64,000 bases of DNA, taken from NCBI GenBank assembly GCA_965178125.1, contig OZ237754.1:1-64000 (forward strand), given 5' to 3'. This document shows positions 39,940-52,024 of this stretch, piece by piece. The DNA comes from Bilabrum cf. latius (Eukaryota). The stretch's first letter is position 1; every line of letters begins with the position of its first letter. The notes under the pieces are model-generated. The model ran no database searches, was not told where the DNA came from, and saw only the letters and a list, made by a program, of their open reading frames with translations. The position numbers and the translations under genes are program-made.

Positions 39940-41614
39940 ATGCGCGAGATCATCCTTATTCAGCTTGGTCAGGCCGGTGTGCAGATCGGAAATGCTTGCT
40001 GGGAGCTTTTCTGCCTGGAGCATGGCATCCAGCCCGATGGGCAGCAGCGTAAGATGGTTTGACGCCCTTTCAGATTATTGTTCACTGTGTTTTACAGAAG
40101 GCGTGCAGCTAGTTGATCATGGAATACTGTTTCATGAGCATGCTATACCTCCTGCGAAGATGAATCCGTTGCGCATGCTAGCCAACTGCCACGCCACCCT
40201 CTGCTCCTATTGATACAATGTTAACCCTCTTTCGCAGCGTGAGAACAAATTCAGAATTATTCAGCTCGTAGCTTGTATTAACAGCATTCATTCGCTGCAG
40301 TGCTAGGCATCCAGGTCAGTTCGCGCGAGGATTTCACCGTTGCACGTTTTCGATTCCACACACATCACCCATCGCAGCGAGGGAGCCGCCATCGAGGACG
40401 ATTCTTTCAACACCTTCTTCTCGGAGACTGGTGCTGGCAAGTTCGTGCCCCGGTGCCTGCACGTGGACCTTGAGCCCACCTGCGTGGACGAGATCCGTAC
40501 CGGAACCTACAGGAACCTGTACCACCCCGAGCAGCTGATCTCCGGCAAGGAGGACGCCGCCAACAACTACGCCCGTGGTCACTACACCATCGGCAAGGAG
40601 GTTGTGGACCTGGTCCTGGACCGGACTCGCAAGCTGGCCGACAACTGCACCGGCCTGCAGGGATTCATGATCTTCCACTCCTTCGGTGGCGGTACCGGGT
40701 CCGGCTTCGGCTCGCTGCTGCTGAACCGCCTGTCTATCGACTACGGCAAGAAGACCAAGGTTGAGTTCGCGGTGTTCCCCGCCGCCCAGATCTCCACCGT
40801 GGTGGTGGAGCCCTACAACGCGGTGCTGTGCGCCCACGGCATGCTCGAGCACTCGGACGTGGCCTTCCTGGTGGACAACGAGGCCCTGTACGACATCTGC
40901 AGGCGCAACCTCGACATCGAGCGCCCCACGTACACTAACCTGAACAGGCTGCTCGCCCAGTGCGTGTCTTCCATCACCGCCTCGCTGCGTTTCGATGGCC
41001 AGCTGAACGTGGACCTGACCGAGTTCCAGACCAACCTGGTGCCCTACCCCCGGATCCACTTCCCCCTGTGCACGTACGCGCCCATCATCCCCGCCGAGAA
41101 GGCGTACCATGAGTCCCTGACCGTGTCAGAGATCACCAACGGCGTGTTCGAGCCCGCCAACTCCATGGTGAGGTGCGACCCCCGCCACGGCAAGTACATG
41201 GCATGCTGCATGATGTACCGCGGTGACGTGGTGCCCAAGGACGTAAACGCCTCCATCACCACCATCAAGAGCAAGCGGACCATCCAGTTCGTGGACTGGT
41301 GCCCCACTGCCTTCAAGGTCGGTATCAACAACCAGGCCCCCACCGTGGTGCCCGGCGGCGACCTCGCCAAGGTGCAGCGCTCCGTGTGCATGATCTCCAA
41401 CACGACGGCCATCGCCGGCGTGCTGGCTCGCATGGACTCCAAGTTCGACCTCATGTACTCCAAGCGCGCCTTCGTGCACTGGTACGTTGGTGAGGGTATG
41501 GAGGAGGGTGAGTTCCTCGAGGCCCGTGAGGACCTGGCGGCTATGGAGAAGGACTACGAGGAGATCTCGGCTGACACCGCCGAGGGTGAGGGCGAGGAGG
41601 AGGAGGAGATGTGA
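39940..41614 (+). CDS. TUBA: Alpha-tubulin (divergent), exons 39940-40048, probably 40238 (1 nt), and 40378-41614
   Basis: [55 protein letters not shown]. No in-frame TAG, ends TGA. Confidence 0.97.
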
Positions 41615-41838
41615 GTAAGCATCCACCCAGTGAGTGTCTCTGCTAGGGTTCTTTGCCGCTCTTGTGTGAGTGACTGCCCAAGACACGGATGAACATGAAA
41701 CAAACTCTTTACAGACAGTAGTCATTGCCAAAAAGAAGAAAACAGCCAACCAGTTTCTTGAGCCAGGCTCAACTTTCAATCCAAGCAATGCTACGTCTCC
41801 TTTAGTCTCCCACTAACTATCAAACGGGACTAAAGCGC

Positions 41839-42315
41839 TCAGGTTCTCCTGCTTATGTATAGCACTGCGGCATGGGCGGCGGATTGCAAACAGGTCGGCG
41901 TTGCAGACGGGAAAAGTGCACATGATCCTGTAGCGAAAGCGCACGAGTTTAAGCCTCACCATTGTTGCCTCTGACGAACGCGTCGCCATACTTTGCCTAC
42001 AATTCTCCATTCGCATACTCTTCCGCCTACTCAAGCACGACATTCATGAATCCATCCATGCATGTGAGAATGCCTGCGTCCTTCGGAGGCGCACAATTAA
42101 GGGCGGCATGATACTCTAAAGCAATACATGCAGACCATTTCCATGTTGCCGCCTTGTGCAATCTTACCCCTAAATTCTGTTCCGGTGTTCAACTTTACCA
42201 CGATAGGCCTGCCAATCGCCGACTTCAAGAAGTCGTCCGGACTTCGCCGTTCTGTGCCTTCCTTTGCTTTTGCTGCCTCTGACGTCGCTGTAGATGCAGT
42301 TTGTACTGCGGCCAT
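41839..42315 (-). CDS. LSM6: U6 snRNA-associated Sm-like protein LSm6
   Basis: SPDDFLKSAIGRPIVVKLNTGTEFR|GILTCMDGFMNVVLE*AEEYANGEL*AKYGDAFVRGNN|VLYIS. Introns 42167-42074 and 41959-41865, ends TGA. Confidence 0.95.
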
Positions 42316-42375
42316 ACTAGACGTGACTCTCTAGCTGAAGTTTGAGGCCAGATACTGCCGAATAGCTGCCGCAAA

Positions 42376-43582
42376 CAGACCTGAGAGGGGGGGGGGGGGG
42401 ACACTGTCCCCCCCCCTTCGGCGATGAGGGGGGGGGGGGACACGTGGAGCGGATTTCCGGATCCCCTGAGAAGGGGTGTCCCCCCCCCCCCCCCCCTGCC
42501 CTCCCAAGCCGGCCAGGCGGCCTCAGCAACGTACAGGCCCTGATGCACCCTCCTTAGACCCTATGGCAGCACCTACGTGCATGCCATACCCGATTTAGGC
42601 TCGCTTGGATGCCTAGCAGTGCTAACCTAGCACCAACAGAGCCATACCGTGTGAGGCTTGCAAGTTGCAACCGCTCGTCTTCCGATGGCTGTCCCAGCTC
42701 ATCGCTGACTACAAGCAGGCAGCGTTTGCTGCGGCTCTTGCTGCTGGTGCTGCTGCTATGGATGAGACAGACGAGGCACGTCGAGGTGTAGGGTAAGTAT
42801 GAGCTGCAAGTCATCACCGAGGTGCAGGTGGGGGCTGCCATCGCCGGTACCGAGTTCATCCACGTCGCGAGGCTGTCGTCAGCGGAGGTGGAGCGGGTCT
42901 TCTCCGTGGCAAAGGCGGTGGGGGATTTGCGCAGGGTGAGCCTGAGCGTGACACAGCAGCAGTTTGAGACCAAGTGCCGCGTGGGGCGGCGACTGTGCCT
43001 GCGGCTGCTCGCAGTGCTCGGCAAGTACCTTCGGGAAGGAGGAGTACGTGACCCAGAGGCAACCGTGGCGTAGATTGCTGACGTGCTCGATCAGTGCCTG
43101 CCACGCCACGACCTGGCGATGCAAGGCGAAGCCTATGAGGGTGAAGAGATGCTGGACGGGATGGAGGAGGGTGACGCAGACGGGGCTGCGGCTGGGGAGG
43201 GTGGTGGTGACGGCGAGCTCTGAGCGGTATGGTGGTGAATCGACTGTGCTGGGGCAGCTGGTTCCTGGAGTTCAACTAACTGAATGATTTTCCATCTTTT
43301 CTTTCTTCCATTTCACGGCAAGTAGCCGATGGCCAAGAAATCGAGTAATACAGATTTATTGGTTACGTTACGTTTTTGCGAACTCTCCGGCATCGGCCTG
43401 AAGAGAGTAGAAAATGGCACAATGTTACTCAAAATCATCTGAAAAGCACGAATATGCCCTTAGATTTTATATTTGATGAGTGGAAGTGCCTTTTCTTGGG
43501 GGGGGGGGACCAGGGGGTCTCAGGGAGGTGTCCCCCCCCCTGTCCCCCCCCCTGTCCCCCCCCCCCCCCCCTCTCAGGTCTG
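42376..43582 (+). mobile_element. Non-autonomous (internally deleted) hAT DNA transposon, 1207 bp
   Basis: TIRs CAGACCTGAGA-G(14-16)-ACA at both ends. Perfect 8-bp target-site duplication GCCGCAAA (42368-42375 and 43583-43590). Internal hAT dimerisation motif. Confidence 0.93.
42609..43223 (+). pseudogene. hAT transposase C-terminal remnant
   Basis: LSSAEVERVFSVAKAVGDLRRVSL matches the hAT C-terminal SSAxxERxFS...RxxL motif. The frame is open through two TAG to TGA 43223. No N-terminal or catalytic core is present. Confidence 0.75.
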
Positions 43583-43689
43583 GCCGCAAATTTCTTTTCC
43601 CTATTTCGGGGCCTACAGGTTCGTGAACGTTCGACACGGTTTGCTTCTTCGGTCGGGGCTTCGTGCAGACCACCCTTCCACTTGAGCGC

Positions 43690-46539
43690 ATGTCGCTTGC
43701 ATCGGCGTACTTGAATGCGTTTGTTCAGGGAGCGGCAAGGCGCCTGCATGCAAAAGTGATTCGACACGTTCCACACGCTCCTCAGAACTAGCGCATGAAT
43801 ATTGCGCAGGTCTCCATGCGTAACTTTGCGTCGTTGAGCAAGCGTGGTGCCGCTAGGTCAGTTTGTTAGTCACGATAGTCGCACTCATAGGTACTGAAGC
43901 GCGCGCGTGAGTGGGCAACGTGGGGTAGGCCGGCGAGCTGGTCTCGAGCTGCTTCAGGGCAGGCGGCGAAGCCTTTAAGATAGCGCGGGCCTTCGCGAAG
44001 GGCAGCTGCCATGTCTATCGACGGAATTAGTATCAATTTAGCAGCATCCCTGAGCTCGGGGCCGTCTGCACCGCTTAGCATCTTGCTATCGGCTGGTGAG
44101 CCGCCGATCGAAGCATACGGGCTCTCTGCAAATCAATAGGCAGCTTCATCCCCAGGCGCAGCTCACCGTCAAATAAGACCGGATTCTCGATTTCAAATGC
44201 TTCTTCAAGAAGCGGCAACCGCTGCTGTGAGCGCGGCACGGCCAGAAAAGGATCCACAGCGGTCCCCGCAGACACCAGCCGGGAATGCGGCCGGTGCTGG
44301 CAAGGACAGCCCGCAGCAGACCAGTGACAGCCCTTCTCCTCCTTCAGGGGGTGGCAGTGGCAAGCAGGGCAGCGACAGCAAGGGCAAAAGCAACGGCCCG
44401 TCTGGCCCTGGGGAGGCCCTGCTGGACATGGTCCTGGAGAACCCGCACTACGTGCTGCTGGCGCTGCTTGGGGCCCTCGTCGTGTGGTTCTACAGGGGTT
44501 TCGCGGATGGCAGCGCCAGGTCGGAGCAGGTGGATCTGGACGAGCAGGAGAGGGCAGTGGCCCCGGTAGAGTTCAGGCAGCTGCGGGACCTGAACGCGCT
44601 GACGACTGCCGAGCTGATGCTGGTGGCGGCTGCTGCGCTCGAGGCCTTCGGAGGCAGCGAGGCGGGGGGCGAGGGGGACGGAAACGATGCGGTACCCACA
44701 GCTCCTGCGGGGGAGTTTCTTGACATTGCAGAAGCAGTGGTGCGCAGGGTGCGGCAGGCGCGGCGTGCTGTTGTGGCGAAGGCAGCTGCGGCGGCATTCG
44801 AGCGAGCCGAGGAGGAGAGAGAGAAGCAGAGGGCGGAACGGGGTGCCAGGGATGAGGGTGCTGCGGGTGCATCTGGGTGGGGCGGGTGGTTCAGTGGAGG
44901 GAGCGGCGCCTCGGGGCGGGACTCGGCCGAGGCTGAGGCCCGTGCAAGGGCTGGCCGACGGCGGGAGGCCTTACGTGCCGCGCTGGCTCTGCACCCGGAG
45001 GCAGAGGGACTCAGGGGCAGGCACCACCTGGAGCGGTGGGCTCTTGCCACCGCGGCTCGTAGACGGGGCCTGAAGCCTGCCCCAGTGGGCGAGGAGGAGG
45101 CAGCCAAGGCGGAGGGCAGGGAGCCCTGGATGCTGGGGCTCAAGCCAGAGGCACTGGGGCTCAGGAAGAAAGCACAGGCACAGAGTGAGAGTGGGCAGAC
45201 GAGCACGAGCACCAGTTCCAGTGCTCAGCGCGATTCGGGCTCCGTGGACGGGGCCCGGGGTGCACGGGAAGCGATGGCGAACCTGGGCTCGACGGGGTCC
45301 ATGCTGGGCGTGCGGGCCTCTGGTATGGACGCGGGGGGCTCTGGCAAGGGGCTGCAGCGGGAGCGCTTCCCTCTGGGGGAGCTCATGGTGGTGCTATGCT
45401 CGGGATTGGGGGGCAGCGTGGACGAGAAGGCCGACCTGGTGCTGGCGCTGGCGACCTGTCCCGAGCTAGGGGTGGCACCGTCGCTGGCGGCTCGTCGCGG
45501 TGAGTCCTCGACGCAGGGAGTGGGAGGAGGAGGACCCGTGCTGCCGCCCGACTACGAGGGCCTGCAGGCAGCTTTCGCCCAATTCAAGAAAGTTACCCGG
45601 TCCCAAGCTGCAGGTGAGGACGGGTCGGAGACACCGGAGGGGACCATCGGGCTGGGGCTGGAGAAGGGAGGCGAGGACGGGTCGGTCCATCGAGCCTCTG
45701 CCGTGCTGGCGCGAGCCAGGTCCCTGCTACCCCTGTTGTTCCCCGAGGGAGGACTGCACTTCCTGCGCGAGGGCGTGCGGAACCAGGGGGGTGGCGGCAC
45801 TGGCAGCGAGGGCATTGGCATGGACATGGGAAAGGGGCTGGATGCTCAACTGCCCGCCCCAGGCGAGGTGGACGCGCGGCTGGCTCCTGCCGGCCTGGTG
45901 AAGGCCCTCGAGCAGCACTTGCCAGTGGAGCTCCCGGAGGGCGCGGTCACGTCGGACAACAGCGCCGCCCGGCTCGCCGCGGATCCGCTGCAGGCTGCTG
46001 TGGCGCTGCAGCACCCGCTCACTCCCCGGTCTCTATGGAGGGGCGAGCTGCGAGGGGCTGTGGCTCTCCTTGTGGCGGGCGGGCAGATTCCCAGCGACCA
46101 GCGCACTCGACGCGCGGGCATCTGGCCCATGCCTCGCTGGAGGCGGTGCTCGCCGGGCCTGCATTTGGTTGGCGGGCAGGAGGAGGCGGCCGTGCTGCCA
46201 GCACCCGCCGCGGATACGAGTAGCAGCGCCGACGGGGGCAAGCTGCAGGCAGCGGCGCGCGACTCCACCGGGGCCTGGGATGCCCGAGGGCTGCACGAGG
46301 CCCTGGAGGAAGAGGCAAAGCAGGAGGCGGAGGAGCTCGAGAAGAGGCAGGCCGGGGAGGCTGGCGATGGTGCGCCCGTCACGGCCGTGGAGCTCGCGGT
46401 ACCACGCGTGCCGCTGGCCCCGCTGCCATCCGACACGCTGGTGCTGAGCAGGGAGGATGCTTTGAGGATGATGTGGACGGACTCGGTGTGCGCATGGGGC
46501 GAGTGTCCCGCCTTCCGAGCTCCGGACTTTTACGACTGA
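43690..46539 (+). CDS. Hypothetical single-TM protein (~949 aa), possibly mitochondrial
   Basis: The 780-aa ORF extends upstream through TAG to ATG 43690. Arg/Ser/Ala-rich acid-free N-terminus, TM YVLLALLGALVVWFY, C-terminal SVCAWGEC. Ends TGA. Confidence 0.7.
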
Positions 46540-46660
46540 GTCTGACGTGGGGGGCCTAGAATTGGTATCTGCTTGGTCTGGGGTTCGAGGGCATAGATGT
46601 ACAGCACTCTACTATTTTTTAGTCCTCATTTGCACGCAATAGTTCCGTTCGCCGTGTACG

Positions 46661-48192
46661 TCACACCCTCTTCGCAAGGGAGAAGCCGATTGCAGCCAGT
46701 CCCGCCACCGCTGCCCCGCACCGCACCACCCACCGCCCCCAGCGATTGCTCGGCTCCTTCGCACTACCCCTGTCAGAGCTACCAGCTGCAGCACCTTTTC
46801 CGTCATCCCTGGCCGATCCGACATTCCCCAACGGCTCCGTGAAGCTGTCAAAGTCCATGGGAAGCTCCACTCCGGCCTGCTTGCCCCCCAAGTAGGCCGC
46901 CCCCGCTGCCGAGCTGACCACGGGCAGCACGAGCCGGGCCCCAGTCAGCTGCACCCAGACATCGCCGGCACCGCTTGCCGCTGCCGCCCCCGCCCCTGCC
47001 TTGACCTTCACGGGGGCAGTCGCAGCGGCCTCGAAGCCCTCCTCCAGCAGGTCCCACGACTTGAACACGCTCCCAACTGCCGTCACTGAGAGCACTGGCA
47101 ACCGGACAGCCGACTTCCGAGATGAACCTGCCCCCGCCGGTGCACCTGCCTTGCTCCCTCGCTGCTCCACAAAATGCTTGCCCGCCAGCGTCCTGGCCAT
47201 GGCCCCCAGCATGGCCCCCGCCTCCCGGAAGATGCCCTTGAGGAACAAGTCCCCTTGCTCCCTCGCAGCCCGCGCCAGCTCCTTGGTGGCCCCGGCGATG
47301 TCTGCCTTCACAAACCCGTCCCCGTAGAATATAGGGACTAGGTCGTGCGTGCTCACCGTGCGCCAATCCAGTGTCTGCTCCCCATCGGGTACCCCTTCGT
47401 CTGCACCCCCACTGCTCTTGGCCCTCTGGATGATGGGCGCCAGGTGCCTCCGCAGCACCTCCCACGCCACGTCGACGTCCTTGAGCCCCCACACATCCGA
47501 TTCGGTCCCTGTGCTGCAAGCAACCGCAGCATCGGCAGGTCCCCTGCACGGGCCGGGGGCCTGGAAGCCATCGAGCGCCCACACGACCCGCTGAATGGCC
47601 TGGGCCGTGATCCAGTAGGCACCTGCCTCATCGCCGAGCATGTGGCCCCAGCCTCCAGTGCGCACGTCCACGCCGTCTGCAGAGACAAGCTGTCCAATCG
47701 AACCAGTGCCAGCAATCAAGACGGCGCCTCCTTCGGGGTTCGACGTGAAGATGGATCCCTTGGAGTCCTCCATGATATGGATCGGACAGGAGTCCGACCA
47801 AACGTGCTACGCTTTGTTGCGGTCTCGCAGAGCTTCGCACAGGCGAATTTGCATCGCTTCCTAGCCGCACCCACTCATGCATAGCCCTAGGGCCTCGATT
47901 TTGGCAGAAATAAAGTCATCTCCAAGCTTTGACCGAGCATCTCTGAACAGCGAATGAATGATATCCGCGGCAGTGTCGAGGCCAGAGAGGTATGGGTTGG
48001 AGCCAGCACCTCGACTGCTTGCTAGAAGCTTACCGTTATCGGAATATATATGCGCAATCGTGTTTGTACCACCTCTGCGCGATGTAGATGCGATAAAAAC
48101 TTTGATCACCTTGTGCGACGAGCGATGCTCCATGGAATGACAGGGTATACCTACGTCACGCACCCTTCTATGCCACCAAACAGTCGAACCAT
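46661..48192 (-). CDS. NAGK: N-acetyl-D-glucosamine kinase (BadF/BcrA-type ATPase family)
   Basis: MVRLFGGIEG|GGTNT, GSNPY, LGLCMSGCG*E, GAVLIAGTGS, GGWGHMLGDEAGAYWI, VGSVFKSWDLL. Intron 48163-48075, ends TGA. Confidence 0.93.
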
Positions 48193-48340
48193 TTGATTCA
48201 CTGGCACAATCGACAAATGCGCCGGCTTGTGATGCAAAATTTAGCTTGACTATGCCGATTTTGCGAACGAAGAAGATAAAAAGCACACTTCGTTCGTACA
48301 TTCACCCTGACGGTATTATAATTACCAGGCATATACTTTG

Positions 48341-51300
48341 ATGAATGGGTAGGGTCCTGTCACGAGCTATGCTGACTACAAGAAGCGCATGACCAGCCAG
48401 ATGCCACTGCAGCAGACGCCGCAGATGCATGCCAGTGGCTAGCAGTTCGCGCATCAAGTACAACCTCAGTGGCTAGTGCACCAGCCGCCAGCGGCACGCT
48501 TTGTTTAGTAGCCAACGCAACCTGCGCTCGCGCAAGGGCACCTCGAGTAGCTCAGCCCTGGCGGGCAGGTGCCTGGAGTGCATGCAACACACACGCAGTA
48601 TGGAACTGCAACATAGTTCAGCGCGCACGACTGGCAAGTACGCTGCAGCAACTACGTGGAATCACTAGCATAGAGAGCAGAGACGGCATTCGGAGCAGAG
48701 CGAGCGGCTCAAATGGGATACTCTCGAGACATCTTGCACGGCAGTATGAGCCAGGCCTGCAGCTCAGTTATGCACGGTGTTACGCGGGATAATAGATTCT
48801 TTGAAGTTAACTGGTCCTAGTAGCCGATACCACCGACCGATGTCACCACCAGACTTGCAAAGCAGTTGGAAGCACGAGATGCTTTGCTTGGCCCTGCCTC
48901 ATCGCATGCTGCGGTGGCTCCAGGGGCTGTGCCCCCACAGCACGCCTTTCCTAGCTCCAGCTCAAGCTCAAATGTGGCTGCATCGTAGTGTTTGTCGGGT
49001 GCACCCGTGCGCACAGACGCAACGACGGGACACGCCGCGGTAGCACCAACCCCAGCGGCGACCCCGTCAGTTCATGCAGGCCCAACAGCGCCCTCGACGC
49101 ATAACAAGCACGTGGCACCATCCATTGGCAAGCTCTAGCTCTTTGGGGCGCCGAACAATACCTCTTTGGGCGGGTCCACCATTCATGGTGGCGGAGCTTC
49201 TGCCGCTAGCAGCAACAGCAGCAGCAGCAGTAGCACTGGCGCTGGCACCGGTCCTGGGTGGGCCCCGGCAGCCAGTGCGCCGCACCCAGCCGCCTCCTCG
49301 CGCGCACCCGATTTCCTCTCCATTGACCCCTCGCAGGATAGAGCCCGGCATGGCCCGCATACTGCCGCACAGCCATCTGCCGGGCTCACGTACGGCAGCG
49401 GCACCCTCCAGACCTACGGTGGTGCTGGCAGCTCCGACACCGCGACCTCGCAGGGAACCAAAAAGGGTGGTCAAAGTCGCAAGAGAAAGCGGGGGCAGGA
49501 CCAGGAGAGCGCTGACTTGGATGCATCCATTTCCTAGGTGTCCTCGAAGAAGAACTCGAAGAAGAAGAGGCGCGCTGAGCGGCTGGCTCGCTTCTCAGAT
49601 CAGCAGCCAGCGGATGGAAACTCAGGGGATGCCGCTGCAGCTGGTAGTGACGTCACCGCTCTGATGGCGAGGGGCATTGGGCTGGGCACCTCTGCCGGCC
49701 AAGCGGCGCCCGATGCGCAGCAGCCGGAACGGCGGGTGGAAGGCAGCAGCAGCTCTGCTCTCAAGCCGTACTTCCGTCTCACGGGAGCCGTGGATGAATC
49801 CAAGGTGCGCCCGCTGGCAGTGCTTCGAGAATCACTGGCCCTCGCTCTCTCTGCCTATGCTACAGGGGCCCGCAACTACGTATGGGCGTGGTCGTAGCTG
49901 AAGAGCATCCGCCAGGATTGCGTTGTGCAGCGGTTCGATGAGCACGCGACGCACCCGGGCGATAGGGGTGGCTAGGACAAATCGAAGGGCTGGGACGATG
50001 GGGGCAGGTCTCGCCTGCTGTTCCTAGTGAGAGCATACGAGGCACATGCACGAGTGGCAGCCGAGCAAGGAGACATCACCGAGTTCAACCAGTGCCAGAC
50101 GCAGCTGCTGCGGACCTACTAGAGAATCAGAGAAGCAGGCATTGCGCGAAAGGGGAGCGATGAAACCACTGCACTGGGTGCTTGGGTACGTGATGGGCGC
50201 ACTGGTGCAGCGCCAGGTGCGGCAGCGCTGGCCCCGACGATGCCTCGACAGGAGGAAGGTCTCGAGTTCCCCAGCGCAGCTCCTGATCGTCTGCTCACCA
50301 TGCTGCAGGAAAGCGACCTGCTGGCCTTCGAGCCGGAGTTCGTGGCCCTCCGCATCCTCTACGCGGTGTACGCCGCCGTGGCCGCTCTGTCCTCCTCGCG
50401 CACCAGCCGCACCATGCGCCTGGACGCCTCGGACCAGTCGGCGGCTGCCGCTGCGCGAGCCACGCTGCTGCCGCTGCTCAGGGAGATCTCGCCGGAAGTC
50501 CTGCGAGCCCCCGCGGTCCAGGCAGCCCTTGATGCACACCGCGCCGCGACCACAGGTGACTTTGTTTCTCTGTTCAGGACCATTCCGCAGCAGCCCGGGG
50601 TCGGCGGCAGGGTGCTCCTGCTGGCGGCGCATGCACACAGGGTCAGGGCCATCGCCGCGGTGTGCTCCTCCCTGCGGCCTGGTTTGCCGGTGGCATCGCT
50701 AGCCGGCGCCTTGGGCTACCGGTGCAACGAGCACCAAGGAGGCGACAGGCCTGCACCTGGGACAGGGTCTGGGTCTGGTGACGCGGTTCGCGTGCACTGC
50801 TGCCTGCCAGTCTCCGTTGACTACCCCGCGCCGTGTTCCCTGGAGCTGGTGGAGCTTCTGGCATCATGCGGGGCAGTGGTACAGCCAGTGGGCAGCGACA
50901 AGAGCGGTGCGGCGAGCGGCGACGGCAGGGGTGCTGCCCCGGTGGTGCGCTCGTTGGCAGCGGAGGAGCGGTCGTGTCACGAGCGTGAAATCGCGGTGCA
51001 GAGCATGCAGGCAGGATCCAATGCGGGTGCATCGTTCGGGCCTGACTCTGCCTCGTCATCGTCATCCTCCTGGCTGGACCAGCCGTTGATGGCGCAGTCT
51101 CAGGCCAGTGCGGGGAAACAAAGCAAAGGCAAGGGAAAAGGCAAGAAGAAAAACAAGAACAAGAAGAAGGGGAAAGGGAAGAACAGCGCAGGGGCTGTCG
51201 AGAGCCCGCAGACGATGCAGTCCTCTGCTGAACAGGGACACGAGTTGCCGTTGGAAAGCCAGGACGTGCCGGTGCTGGACGGCCTAGCCACGTGCAGCAG

Positions 51301-51772
51301 GACTCTCCTGTCGCATGGAATGGACTGGGTGCGGCCGCCCGTGGGTGCAGGCAGCTATGCCAAGGGTCACCCCGGCCTGCAGTCAGCCGGCCTGCCGGAG
51401 GGCTGGGTGCAGACTGGATGGGGCACCGGCCAGGATGCCACCGGACAGCTGCTGATGGCCACAGAGAATGGGCAAGCAACGCGACTGGAGCGCACGAGCA
51501 TCGGGGCAGCTGTAGCTCTGGCGGCAGGAGGTGCTAGTCCTGAGCTGTAGCGTGCCGCCCTTGCGTGGGTGCTGCCTGCGGATGCCTCCTCCAAGGCAGC
51601 AGAAGCAGTGGTGGCCAGGTCCGACGAGCGTTGCTTTTCCCCGCAAGAGAGATGTAGGGTACTGCTGGCGGCCGGCGAGCCGCCTTCCCTTGCTGATCTC
51701 ATGCTGCTGAGTGGACCCTCCCAGGTGGACATCCACGGCCCGTCGCCCATCGCCATGGACAAGAACGGATGA
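48341..51772 (+). CDS. LENG8: SAC3/GANP-family protein THP3/LENG8 (~1140 aa)
   Basis: [73 protein letters not shown]. Gln-rich N-terminus, ends TGA. Confidence 0.88.
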
Positions 51773-52024
51773 TGCACACGTCAATGCTTTGCCAGCAGCG
51801 AGTTGACAGCTCCATTTTACATTAAAGTCACAATTACAAGTAGTTCTAAATGCAGTACAGCTACATGTGCGGTGCAGCTACGCATGCAGTGCAGTCACCG
51901 CTCCAGAATGTAGATCGGCCCCACGGAAGTGCTCTAACGGATGCTTGCACACGGCAAAAGGCATCGCGAGGGTACCATGGAGACGGGTCACCTAATGGGC
52001 TGCGTGCTCTGGCTGGCTCAGTCT

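Noticed and set aside
40301-40314. 14-nt micro-exon (CAG|TGCTAGGCATCCAG|GTCAGT) in alpha-tubulin
   Set aside because: It does not restore the frame with the strong donor (40049) and acceptor (40377), and it loses Pro37. It is not fully excluded without cDNA.
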